The notes beneath the pieces are model-generated. The model was not told where the DNA came from. It worked only from the letters and a program-made list of their open reading frames with translations, and did not search any database. Below are positions 9,360-18,583 of a DNA stretch of 64,000 nt, piece by piece; positions within the stretch are counted from its first letter, which is position 1, and each line of letters opens with the position of its first letter. Source of the stretch: an archaeon 13_2_20CM_2_53_6 (GTDB lineage Archaea; Thermoproteota; Bathyarchaeia; 40CM-2-53-6); the NCBI GenBank assembly GCA_001915065.1, contig MNDT01000019.1, forward strand, positions 1,264 through 65,263, read 5' to 3'. The translations under genes were made by a program, and so were the position numbers.

Positions 9360-9815
9360 AGCAAGAAGCATGCATCATGTGGCCGCTGACGCCACCTGAT
9401 CCGATCGTCGAAGATCACTCGCGCTTCTGAACTCGATTCGAGTGATTCTGGGGAAGCGACGCAAGTGTCGTCAGGCAGTCTTAGACGCTTAGGGAGAACC
9501 CATTGTAATGATCGAAGGATGATCCGTAATAGGTCAGTGTATCAAGCATGACTTCGGTTGAATCGTGACCGATAGTCCATGATGTTCGGGAGAGTGATTC
9601 CCGATCTTTTTTCAGCAGATGATTTTCCAAAACGAGAAAGTTCCACTTCCCACGGTCGTACAGGCCGATGATATTCCAGTGGCAGTCTGAGCAGGGCATC
9701 CTTTCGTTACGAATCTTTGACGGTTGGTCCTGGGCTAGAACCCTTCGAGGGCTGTGTTAATAGATCGCTCGGAAGTTGCTAGTTGCGGTAGATTTTGAGA
9801 CAATTCACAACGCCC

Positions 9816-10871
9816 ATGCTGGCAGTATTGCTCGTCATCGCTCTTGTCATCGGCGCTGTTGGAGGCTATCTAGTTACCACCAGTCTCAACAACAACGCCT
9901 TTTCCTCCTATAACGACAACTACGGCGGTGCTATCGATGACTCGCAGAACGGCTTTGTCACCAGCGCCCCACTCGTCGCGGGCTTCACCAGGAACCAGTC
10001 CACTGCACCCTTCACGGGACAGATAGCATGGTACTGGCTGGTTGGAGGCACCAACGCCTCCGTTAATCCGATCTACTTCTTCAACTACCAGAATGGAGCT
10101 CCAGTCCGGGGACAATATCCGATCATCGACGTAAAACCTGGCGTTACCGGTTACACTCACTTCTGGGAGATAAACAACGTCACGGTCCCGAACAACTACG
10201 CGGCTAATACGATAAAGTCGCTCACAACCCTCAACGGGGCAAGACAAGCCGGCCTCGTAACGGTCAAAGACGCCGGAAGATCCATCAACAGTCCCCTCGT
10301 CGCTCACAATATCAAGATCGCTGTCGTCAACGGCGAGCCCGAGTTCCAGTCGGTCTGGTACCGGACCGATCTAGCCACTATGGCGGTGTTTGAAACCAAC
10401 CTTCCAAACGGAGCCGTGCCTGCCATCTCAATCTGGCTCATCCAGAGAAACGGCGACTCATGTCCACTTCTGGAAGCGCTCTGCAACAGGGATCTCAACA
10501 ATGATGGTGATCTAAAGGACTCCAATGATCTCATCGACACATACCCCGGCCAGCTTGGCTATTCACCGCTCTGGGCAGTCTCGATACTCCACGTTTACAA
10601 CAATACCTATCACCCGAACGGGGGACTACCATATCCAGTATCCACCTCAGGCGGATTTCCTTCACCTTTCCCACAAGACCCGTCAGTCGCCAGCGCCAAT
10701 GGCATGTTCACATCCCTGAAACAGGCTCAGGCAGACCAGAGCAAAACAAACCCCACCTACGTCGACCTGACGTTTGCAAGCAGCAATAAGGGAGTCACGT
10801 TCACGGGAAACCTAGTTAACTGTCCCACGCTACCCTTGGGTGTAGAGCCCCCGGCCATCGCTTTCAGCTAG
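9816..10871 (+). CDS. Signal-anchored secreted protein of unknown function
   Basis: MLAVLLVIALVIGAVGGYLV anchor and many N-x-S/T sequons. I prefer ATG 9816 over the track's TTG at 9795. Confidence 0.6.
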   Translation: MLAVLLVIALVIGAVGGYLVTTSLNNNAFSSYNDNYGGAIDDSQNGFVTSAPLVAGFTRNQSTAPFTGQIAWYWLVGGTNASVNPIYFFNYQNGAPVRGQYPIIDVKPGVTGYTHFWEINNVTVPNNYAANTIKSLTTLNGARQAGLVTVKDAGRSINSPLVAHNIKIAVVNGEPEFQSVWYRTDLATMAVFETNLPNGAVPAISIWLIQRNGDSCPLLEALCNRDLNNDGDLKDSNDLIDTYPGQLGYSPLWAVSILHVYNNTYHPNGGLPYPVSTSGGFPSPFPQDPSVASANGMFTSLKQAQADQSKTNPTYVDLTFASSNKGVTFTGNLVNCPTLPLGVEPPAIAFS

Positions 10872-10955
10872 CACCCGCTGATGCAACGAGTCCTTGAATG
10901 CCTATTCTTGCCGTAGAGTCTAGACTCACAGGCCCGGAAGACTCGATAGACCTAG

Positions 10956-11210
10956 TTATCGTCCCAGAGTCAATAGTCTACCGAGAGTTGTTGCTTGGAT
11001 CATGCTCTTGCCGCGGTCTCCTCTCCTGACCTCTACGAGTCCGAGGTCAACGAGGCCCTGAGAATCTTCCGCTCCTTGAATATGATAGCTCAGCAAGGGC
11101 TTACCATAGCCGGTCAGCTCTCTGAGCTCCTCTAAGCTTTCCACTTCTCCACCCTTCTTCTGCAATGCGTTTAGGGATGTCCAGCTTTGTCTGTGAAACC
11201 AGTCTGTCAT
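10956..11210 (-). CDS. Small winged-helix protein (possible C-terminal half of a Csa3/HFX_2341-like regulator)
   Basis: LEELRELTGYGKPLLSYHIQGAEDSQGLVDLGLVEV is wHTH-like. It is in the same frame as 11220..11528, separated by one TGA plus 3 codons. Confidence 0.5.
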   Translation of the reverse strand: MTDWFHRQSWTSLNALQKKGGEVESLEELRELTGYGKPLLSYHIQGAEDSQGLVDLGLVEVRRGDRGKSMIQATTLGRLLTLGR

Positions 11211-11219
11211 AACTGAACT

Positions 11220-11528
11220 TCAGCACCGGCAACAACAGCTCTCCTTCTCTTTTCTCAGTATCCCGGCGACCCCCTCCAACACATGGGTCAGAACATCATT
11301 ATTGGGAACGGCATGGGTCTCCACCTCCACCTTCAAGACGGATGATAGGTCCGCGGTCAGCTTCTGCGCGATCTGCTTATCGGATTCTAGATGAATCAGG
11401 TAGAGCTTGTGAACAGGAAGGGTTCTAATCCCGACAAGGACTGAATCTGTGTCCGGTCCCAGAGTGGCGATCTGCAAAGTATGCTTCGGCATTAGAGATC
11501 TTAACCCAGGGCGGACCATACAACTCAC
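11220..11528 (-). CDS. Rossmann-like CARF/HFX_2341-N-like domain protein
   Basis: HTLQIATLGPDTDSVLVGIRTLPVHKLYLIH... resembles the N-terminal domain of Csa3/HFX_2341-type archaeal regulators. The likely start is the internal MPKHTL. Confidence 0.4.
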   Translation of the reverse strand: MSCMVRPGLRSLMPKHTLQIATLGPDTDSVLVGIRTLPVHKLYLIHLESDKQIAQKLTADLSSVLKVEVETHAVPNNDVLTHVLEGVAGILRKEKESCCCRC

Positions 11529-11817
11529 GATTTATCCTTACTGGGACCTCGTCCTAGATAGTCTCCGCGGCGCTCTTGATTTGTACCCTACCTCGAACGG
11601 TTGGACCTATCCCTGCATGCACTGGATCTCGTAGAGAGGCGAGTGCTCTCACAATTCGGTTCACGGGCGAATTGTTTGGCTAGTCCCGAATCGTACCCTC
11701 TACGATCCGATCCCTGCTCACTGGGAGGTTGCTTCGGCAAGCAATGGATTGACTGAGACAGACTGACTTGGCAATACCTCAAATTGACAACTCGATCAGA
11801 CATCGTCTGAACAAGCA

Positions 11818-12375
11818 TTGAAAGTTGCAAATCTCGTAGTCCCACTTGTTCTACTAGCAGCTCTATCATTGTTTGGACCCGTTTCACCGGCAGCGGCCGA
11901 CAGAGGCCCACGAATGTACCAGTTCCTGGTCGGGAGTGGCCTCCTTTGCGACCTAGCTCCGGACGCCTGCCCTGACATTTCGATGGCTTCCAACGGTGAT
12001 ACCGTCAGCGTAAGCGGTGGCGGGACCTTCAGTCTCGCTCCCTTCGGGGCCACTGGTACCGGCAGTTTCATCCACAAATCCGCCTCGGGAGACGTTAGGG
12101 CCGAAGGATCATGGGTGGTACTAAGATTGCTGGCCTTCCATTCTTTCGGTGATGCGACGCCGCAGGGACTGCCTTCCAATCTTGAGGGAGGTCAGCTTGT
12201 CCTCCTCGTTCAGCTTCAGGTCAACGGGACTCCCGTGTTTAATGCGATCCTTAATGTGGACTGCGAACTAGGAACCCCACCGCCTGGGCAGAGCGAAGGA
12301 TTTGCCCTCAGCGTTCAGAACGCTCTCAACTTCAACAAGAAACTCAGCGGCTTCACAGTCTTCATCCGAACCTAA
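11818..12375 (+). CDS. Secreted protein of unknown function
   Basis: Signal peptide KVANLVVPLVLLAALSLFGPVSPAAA. TTG start. Confidence 0.55.
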   Translation: MKVANLVVPLVLLAALSLFGPVSPAAADRGPRMYQFLVGSGLLCDLAPDACPDISMASNGDTVSVSGGGTFSLAPFGATGTGSFIHKSASGDVRAEGSWVVLRLLAFHSFGDATPQGLPSNLEGGQLVLLVQLQVNGTPVFNAILNVDCELGTPPPGQSEGFALSVQNALNFNKKLSGFTVFIRT

Positions 12376-12862
12376 GCTGTAGTGCAAGCCCACTCTAACC
12401 CCTCTTTTTTCCTTGTAAGGTAGGAGAGTAAGCGAATTAGCACAAGCGGAAAATTAACCACGCAACGACTTGCTGGCGCCGAGTGCGAGAACAGAGCCGA
12501 AATACGAAAGGCGAAGAATGAACCCCAATCGCATCTGTCGGGAGCGTCCTGTTTTGACGCTATTCTCTTCCGTGTGGTTATCGTTCCTACAACCTCTGAC
12601 CGGCGCATTCCGAGCCGCGAGCAGTCGGATCCCACAAAAACCGTTACCTGCCGAAACTCTCCGGCAAAAATCTAGAAATTGCAGATGATCCTCGCGACAA
12701 AATAGTGTTCTTTGAGGCCTAGAGGGCCTAATCCGGACTCGGAGCATTCAGATCAGTACCTTCAGCTAGCCAATCTTTGCCTGGCAAGATCTACGATCTG
12801 CTGAAGGCTCCCCTTCCACCCACTGCCGGGCTTAAATCCGAATCCGCTGATCGTGGGAGAAT

Positions 12863-13549
12863 ATGGCCTCGCTCTCGACTGCAAAGGTCCTCGGTGGAGT
12901 TGGCGGAATTTTTGCTATCATCCCCGGCATCAGTCTCGTCGGATGGATACTGATTCTCGTTGCAGTGAAAGAAGTCTCGGACGTTTCTCAAGACAGGACT
13001 ATCTTTGACGATGCTCTAATCGCGGGAATCACGGCCGTAATCGGCGCAATCACGTTCGTCGTCTTGCTCGCATCAGGCGCCTTCTGGGGGGTCATCACTC
13101 TTGGCGCGATAGATTTCGGAGTCTTCGGGGTCATGGGCGCGCTCGCGCTCCTCGGCACCTTCTGGCTCCTTCTGATAATATCATCGCTCTTTCTCAAGCG
13201 GGCCTATGACAAGATCGCCCAGCACCTCAACGTTGGCGCGTTTGCGACCGCTGGCCTCCTCTACCTGATCGGAGCCCTAACCGTGATCGTGCTTGTCGGA
13301 TTCCTAATACTACTCATAGCAATGGTCTTCCAGATCGTCGCGTACTTTTCCATCCAGGATCAACCTTCACCCATACTGTATCCTGGGTACCAGCCACCCC
13401 AGCAGATGCCGACTCCCGTCCCACAGGTCATTCAGCCACAGGCGACCCCTCCTCAGCCGGCGCCAGAGTTCAAGTTCTGCTTCAAATGCGGCACTAAGCT
13501 CCCTGCCAGCGCGGTCTACTGTACCAACTGTGGAACCAAGCAATCGTAG
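12863..13549 (+). CDS. DUF996-like polytopic membrane protein with C-terminal zinc-ribbon
   Basis: AKVLGGVGGIFAIIPGISLVGWILILVAVKEVSD is DUF996-like. It has a P/Q-rich linker and a C-terminal FKFCFKCGTKLPASAVYCTNCGTKQ. Confidence 0.65.
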   Translation: MASLSTAKVLGGVGGIFAIIPGISLVGWILILVAVKEVSDVSQDRTIFDDALIAGITAVIGAITFVVLLASGAFWGVITLGAIDFGVFGVMGALALLGTFWLLLIISSLFLKRAYDKIAQHLNVGAFATAGLLYLIGALTVIVLVGFLILLIAMVFQIVAYFSIQDQPSPILYPGYQPPQQMPTPVPQVIQPQATPPQPAPEFKFCFKCGTKLPASAVYCTNCGTKQS

Positions 13550-14019
13550 CCATCATATCATACAGGTCCCATCTCTCGTGGCCGGGGGCGCGAGACACAC
13601 AGATCAGCACAAATGCAACCACACATTTCAGACGTTTCCTCAAAATAATGAGCACTCCTGTACGTGGAGGTTATCAGCGCGGCTGTGGAATATTACGGTA
13701 GGAGGACGGAGGTAGGTTGCTACGGCGGAGAGAAGGAATATTGTCCTTGAGGTAGACCTAGCCCGACCCGTCCGGTCTGACGAGCTTGCCGAGAGGTTGT
13801 TGCGGACCGCCCTAGATCTGTCAGTGGTGATCGTGAGGACAGAGAAGGGACCTTTGCTAGGCTTTCGTCTCGGTCAGAGAACGTTCCTATACCTGGGCGA
13901 GGTCGTTGACCATCTCAAGTCGATAGAATGCGCTAGCCTGAGAGGCTAGACCCGAGGGTCTAGCGCAACATATGCGTGGGAGGGGCGTGCTTAGGCTGAG
14001 ACAGTCCTGCTTCTGGGCC

Positions 14020-14577
14020 TTAGCCTCGAGTCGGTGCTTTTCTGGTAACTTCTTTCGTAGTCTCAGGAGTCTCGGAAAACAGATCCTTCGGCATCCCCGA
14101 TAGGACGTCGGAGAACGCGTCCCTACCGGTCGATCCTGGGACTCCCGGACTGTGGGCTCTGATCCGATTGAAGAGGTCGTCTATCTTGTCAGCGGTCTTA
14201 CCCTTCTCCTTGATAGTCTCATCAAGCTCCTGACCATCAGCCTCCAACCGCTGGACCTTGGCCTGTAAACCCTCGATTCCTTTCGAGACCTCCAGCATGC
14301 CACTGACCGTTGCCAGGGACGACTTCAAGCTGGACAGCTCCTTCTGAAGTCCCTGTCGATAGCTGCCGAGCCTGTCAAGTATAGGCTGGTAGAGGCGTAG
14401 AAAGTCGCCCATCAGATTCTCGAACTGCTTAATCGCGAGTGTATACCTATCCTCCCTCTTCTTCTCCGCGAACTGCTTCGCAGTCTGGATAAGCTTCTCC
14501 CGGAGAGTCACTCTCTCAATAACATCATCCAAGACTTCTCGTATATTGTACGAGTCGTCGAACATCGTTTCCCGCAT
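14020..14577 (-). CDS. Coiled-coil protein of unknown function
   Basis: Heptad-rich, charged 185-aa ORF. No family is recognised. Confidence 0.5.
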   Translation of the reverse strand: MRETMFDDSYNIREVLDDVIERVTLREKLIQTAKQFAEKKREDRYTLAIKQFENLMGDFLRLYQPILDRLGSYRQGLQKELSSLKSSLATVSGMLEVSKGIEGLQAKVQRLEADGQELDETIKEKGKTADKIDDLFNRIRAHSPGVPGSTGRDAFSDVLSGMPKDLFSETPETTKEVTRKAPTRG

Positions 14578-14724
14578 ACGGACCGAGTAGAACGCCTGAG
14601 CGAGCCCGCCTTAAGAAATCCGTCACCAGTGGTCTAATCGGCCGGTATCTCGTGGTTCCTGAGGTCGTGTCGTTGAGGGACAGTGGCGTATATTCGTCAG
14701 TCGGCTAGTCGCTCTTGGAACGTA

Positions 14725-15159
14725 TCAGGGGGCGACGATTATTTCTGCTCTCATCCAGAGAGGATGGAAGTTACAGTGGTACTTGTAGACTCCGGGAGTG
14801 GTGAGCTGGACGAAGAAAGTATTACCGCTGTCCAGTTCTCCCGAATCAAACTTGGTCGCTCCGGGAGGGACCGATGTAGCGGTGGCAGTGTGGGGAGAGT
14901 CGTCAAGGTTCTTCCACTGGACGAAGTCACCCGGCTTGATGGTCACGTTCGACAAATGAAAGTTCAGCAAGCCGCTAACCGAGACTCCAAAAGGGATGTC
15001 CACGCAGGTGGCGGTCGGGCTTGGACAGACGATGGGCTTCGGCTTTGCAGGAAATACCAGCACGTAGAACATGGAGCCGCCGAGGGCAAGTCCTATCAGG
15101 AGGAGAGCCGAGAGGATAGCAGTGTCCGGCTGATACGCGGAGGAGGCCAATCTTCTCAC
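14725..15159 (-). CDS. Membrane-anchored type-1 copper cupredoxin, last gene of the oxidase operon
   Basis: SPHTAT ... YKYHCNFHPLWM (C-x2-H-x3-M). It abuts the subunit IV-like gene. Confidence 0.85.
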   Translation of the reverse strand: MRRLASSAYQPDTAILSALLLIGLALGGSMFYVLVFPAKPKPIVCPSPTATCVDIPFGVSVSGLLNFHLSNVTIKPGDFVQWKNLDDSPHTATATSVPPGATKFDSGELDSGNTFFVQLTTPGVYKYHCNFHPLWMRAEIIVAP

Positions 15160-15435
15160 CTAGTGTCCTATCGACCCCAAGGCAAGCACTACAGCCAGTA
15201 CTGCGAAGAAGAGCGAGGCAGCGGCGATACCGACGATTCCACGGGGCTCATACTTGAGGCGCAGGAATACCATGGCCACGGCGAGGATCTGGCTCGCAGC
15301 GAGTGCTGCGATGGCTATGTTAGCGTAGATCGTGGTTAGGCTTAGAAGGTTCTTCGCGAGCGCCCATTCCAAGAGAGATGCAGCAACCAGGTAGGACCAG
15401 ACCGCTATCGGGGTTGTGTTTTGCATTTTTCTCAC
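15160..15435 (-). CDS. Small 3-TM oxidase subunit (prokaryotic subunit IV-like)
   Basis: 91 aa with 3 TM helices. It overlaps the subunit I/III stop by 4 nt and has a QILAVAMVFLRLKYE motif. Confidence 0.55.
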   Translation of the reverse strand: MRKMQNTTPIAVWSYLVAASLLEWALAKNLLSLTTIYANIAIAALAASQILAVAMVFLRLKYEPRGIVGIAAASLFFAVLAVVLALGSIGH

Positions 15436-17759
15436 AGCAAGTAGAAGAGGGGGAAGATGAGGAGCCAGACGCTGTTCACGAAAGACCAGTATAGGTTGAA
15501 GTTCTCCACAGTCCCATAACGTTCGGCTGAGAAGCCGCCGGTTGCCGCCCTCTTCATCAGATAGATGATCAGCAAGAGTCCGGCAAGGACATGAGCGCCG
15601 TGTATCCCGGTCGTGACGAGGTAGCTGCTCACAGGTAGCCCAATTGGCGAGCCGGGCACCAAGTTAGCTATGAGACCATACCACTCGCTTCCCTTTACCC
15701 CGAGGGAAATGAGTCCCAGCAGAAAAGTCGCTCCCAGCCAGCCGATCAGGCCTCGCCTGTTACCCGCCTTTATCGATTGAAGCCCGAGATAGGCCGTCAG
15801 GCTGCTCGTGATGACGATGAGGGTGTCGACAGTTCCAAAATTGATGTCGTGAAGAACCCCCGGGGCTGGCCAGTAAGGAAAGTTGACTCTAATGAACGCG
15901 TAGCTTCCCAAGAGGACGCCGAAGAGAACCGCCTCGGACCCGAGAAAGGTCCACATGGCTAGCTTGTCCTTCGGAACCCTGCTGAAGGGCCACCGTTCTC
16001 CCTCGGGCTCTTCTGGCAGCCTGAACTTGCCGCGGTAGTCATCCCAGGCCCATCCGCCAACCCCCCAGGCGAGAACGGCGAGACCAATGATGATGACTGG
16101 AAGGCCGAATGCTAGGCCTGCCATACTGACAGCGAAGCCGAGGCAGAGAAGTATCGGGCGGGTACTGAGAGGACTAACCTCGTGAGCGGATTCGGATGCC
16201 GAGTGGGATACACCGTTGCCCAGGCCGTTGCCTAAGCCGTTTCCCAGTACACTAGTCGGACCGCCGGTCCCATGGGGCATGGTCGTCCCGCTCGTCCATT
16301 CTCTATCTGTCGAATTCCAGGGATTTGCGGGGGCAGGCGGACCCTTCAGGGTCTTTAGCATGTTGTAGACGAGGAGTATCTGGGACGGGATGAAGATGTA
16401 TGCTCCCACCGTCGCGACGAAGTTTGCCGGAGCCCACGCCGCTACGTTGTAGGTAACGATACGCCTCGGCATGTCTTCCAGATAGAACATTGGGAAGAAG
16501 ATGAGGTTGAACCCGACGAAGGAGAGTATGAAATGCGTCTTTCCAAGGGTCTCGTTATACATCCGTCCAGTCATCTTGGGCAGCCAGTAGTAAATTCCCG
16601 CGAACAGGCCGAACTCCGAGGCTCCGACCATCACGTAGTGAAAGTGTGCTACGACAAAATACGTGCCTCTGAGGGCAATGTCCAGCGCCAGTGATGAGTT
16701 GAAGACGCCTGAGAGTCCGCCGATGACGAATATGACGACGGAGCCCAGCGCGAAGAGCATCGGGGTGGTGAGTCTGATCGCTCCCCTGTACATTGTTCCT
16801 ATGAAGGACAGCATCAGAATGCCGAATGGGACTGAGATCGTCTCTGTGTTGATGGTGAAGACCTCTCGCTCTGTCAGGCTTATCCCCGTCAAGAACATGT
16901 GATGACCGTAGACCATGTAGCTCAACAGTACGACAATTCCGACGGCGGCGAACAACGGCTTCCTCGCGTAGACTGGTCGTCCGGAGAAGGTTGCGATTAT
17001 GCCGGCTACTATGCCGAACGCGGGCAGGAGGACGATGTAGACTTCGGGATGGCCAAAGAACCACCAGACGTGGTCCCAGAGGATCGAGCCTCCGGCTGTG
17101 GAGGTGAAGAAGGAGGTTCCGAGAAGCCGGTCGGCCTCGAGCATTATTAGACCTGCGATGAGGGAGGGGAAGGCCCAGAGAAACTGGAGCATCGTCCAGA
17201 AGGTGAACATTGTAAACATTGGCAGCTTGACGAAGCTGACACCGGCCGCTCTGTGCCAGAGGATTGTGACGAGTATGTTCACGGTGCCGACGGTGTTCGA
17301 TGCGGCTAGGACTATGAGGGCCGCGGCTCCCAACGTCTCGCCGGACCCGGGGCTGAACTGGAGCGAGGTGAGGGGAGAATAGTTCGTCCATCCTGAGGCC
17401 GGAGATCCTCCGGGAACGAAGAAGCTGACAAAAGCGGTTATCCCGCTGAAGACATACATCCAGTAGCTCGTAGCGTTGAGCCGGGCAAAAGCGACGTCGG
17501 CAGCCCCTATCTGGAGAGGAACGAAATAGTTTGCAAAGGCAATTCCCAATGGCGACAGGAACCAGAGTACCATGATCAGACCATGCATCGTAACCGCCTC
17601 ATTGTACTGCGGGGGCTGAAGGAAGGTCTCAGACGGGACAGCGAGCTGGGTCCGCATAAGAAAAGCGAGAATCCCTGCCAAGAAGGCGAAGTAGAACGAT
17701 GTTACCAAGTAGAGGATTCCGACCTCCTTGTGGTTGGTTGTGAAGAGCCATCTCTTCAA
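15432..17759 (-). CDS. coxAC: Heme-copper oxidase subunit I fused to subunit III (A-type)
   Basis: TNHKEVGILYL, WFFGHPEVYI (CuB His plus cross-link Tyr), HHMF, and VAHFHYVM. A (GNGL)3 linker is followed by a 5-7 TM subunit III-like C-terminus. Confidence 0.92.
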   Translation of the reverse strand: MKRWLFTTNHKEVGILYLVTSFYFAFLAGILAFLMRTQLAVPSETFLQPPQYNEAVTMHGLIMVLWFLSPLGIAFANYFVPLQIGAADVAFARLNATSYWMYVFSGITAFVSFFVPGGSPASGWTNYSPLTSLQFSPGSGETLGAAALIVLAASNTVGTVNILVTILWHRAAGVSFVKLPMFTMFTFWTMLQFLWAFPSLIAGLIMLEADRLLGTSFFTSTAGGSILWDHVWWFFGHPEVYIVLLPAFGIVAGIIATFSGRPVYARKPLFAAVGIVVLLSYMVYGHHMFLTGISLTEREVFTINTETISVPFGILMLSFIGTMYRGAIRLTTPMLFALGSVVIFVIGGLSGVFNSSLALDIALRGTYFVVAHFHYVMVGASEFGLFAGIYYWLPKMTGRMYNETLGKTHFILSFVGFNLIFFPMFYLEDMPRRIVTYNVAAWAPANFVATVGAYIFIPSQILLVYNMLKTLKGPPAPANPWNSTDREWTSGTTMPHGTGGPTSVLGNGLGNGLGNGVSHSASESAHEVSPLSTRPILLCLGFAVSMAGLAFGLPVIIIGLAVLAWGVGGWAWDDYRGKFRLPEEPEGERWPFSRVPKDKLAMWTFLGSEAVLFGVLLGSYAFIRVNFPYWPAPGVLHDINFGTVDTLIVITSSLTAYLGLQSIKAGNRRGLIGWLGATFLLGLISLGVKGSEWYGLIANLVPGSPIGLPVSSYLVTTGIHGAHVLAGLLLIIYLMKRAATGGFSAERYGTVENFNLYWSFVNSVWLLIFPLFYLL
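16213..16248 (-). repeat. 3 x 12-nt in-frame tandem repeat encoding (GNGL)3 at the subunit I / III fusion joint
   Basis: Plus strand reads CCGTTGCCCAGG CCGTTGCCTAAG CCGTTTCCCAGT. Confidence 0.8.
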
Positions 17760-17786
17760 CCAGACCGTGTTCAGAGCATACCCTCC

Positions 17787-18191
17787 TTAAGTCACGAATA
17801 GCTTCGCGATCATGAAAGCGTGCCCGTTTCCACACAGCTCATAGCATTGTATCCTACATCCTGCAGGGCTGCTACATTTGCCAGCGGGAACACTGAACCA
17901 GATGAGATTGTATCTGCCTGGGATTGCGTCTGCCTTTACCCGCAGATCCGGAATACCGAAGGAGTGGAAAACATCGATCGATGTTATGTTCAGAATCACG
18001 ATCTTGTCGTGTTGGACGGTCAGCGCGGCGGCAACACCACAACCACTGGTGCAGTTGAAGCTCCATGAGAAGCGTTGAGCAGTAACGTTGACGTGTAACG
18101 CATTCGGATTATTCCAGCCACCGGGTGGGTTGTTGTAGACGCCTATGGCCGTGAAGCTTGCATAGGCCGCGCCAGCGAGCACGGAGGCCAT
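17787..18191 (-). CDS. coxB: Heme-copper oxidase subunit II (CuA). The real N-terminus probably lies further upstream, to about 18389-18416.
   Basis: CuA site HSFG ... CYELCGNGHAFM. The in-frame upstream sequence encodes the expected TM1 but has no ATG/GTG/TTG. Confidence 0.85.
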   Translation of the reverse strand: MASVLAGAAYASFTAIGVYNNPPGGWNNPNALHVNVTAQRFSWSFNCTSGCGVAAALTVQHDKIVILNITSIDVFHSFGIPDLRVKADAIPGRYNLIWFSVPAGKCSSPAGCRIQCYELCGNGHAFMIAKLFVT

Positions 18192-18437
18192 GACTATGAC
18201 GATCAGGAGAACGGTCCGAACAGGAATCTTCCCATTCTCATCATGATGGACGGGAGCAGTACCTGGTCTAGCCCTGTACTTTGTAGCGAAGAAAACTAGC
18301 GCTCCTATCGTTATTGCGCCGGCGGCGACGGCCAGTATCCAGTACAGGTTGTACAGAGACTGCCAAGTATCAGCCGTGGGCGCTGAGATCGCCAGCAGAC
18401 CGCGCCTCAGAAGAATACTCTCCCCGCCCCGGTCGAG

Positions 18438-18443
18438 TTATAA
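18438..18443. promoter_or_regulatory. TTATAA TATA-box-like element in the divergent coxB / cupredoxin intergenic region
   Basis: It is the only AT-rich hexamer just upstream of the open coxB frame. Position-based guess only. Confidence 0.25.
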
Positions 18444-18583
18444 GCTTACTGGGATAACCGGGACTTGCTCACTGAGCTAGTACGAACGATTAAGTGATTA
18501 GACTATGACCGCTTCGATCTTGCATCGCGTGGTAGAGTGCATATACTACTTCGGGATGGAAGTCTTGAGGGGTCCGGCGAGGC

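Noticed and set aside
16213-16248. Short regular repeat considered as a possible mini-CRISPR or satellite.
   Set aside because: There are only three 12-nt units with no spacers. They are in frame inside coxA/C and encode a Gly/Asn linker.
14683-17391. Long ORFs antisense to the oxidase genes: 14683..15339 (+), 16555..17391 (-, in another frame), 16663..17382 (+).
   Set aside because: They lie wholly inside genes with unambiguous heme-copper oxidase or cupredoxin motifs. Their translations are Arg/Ser/Gly-rich and low-complexity, which is typical of shadow ORFs.
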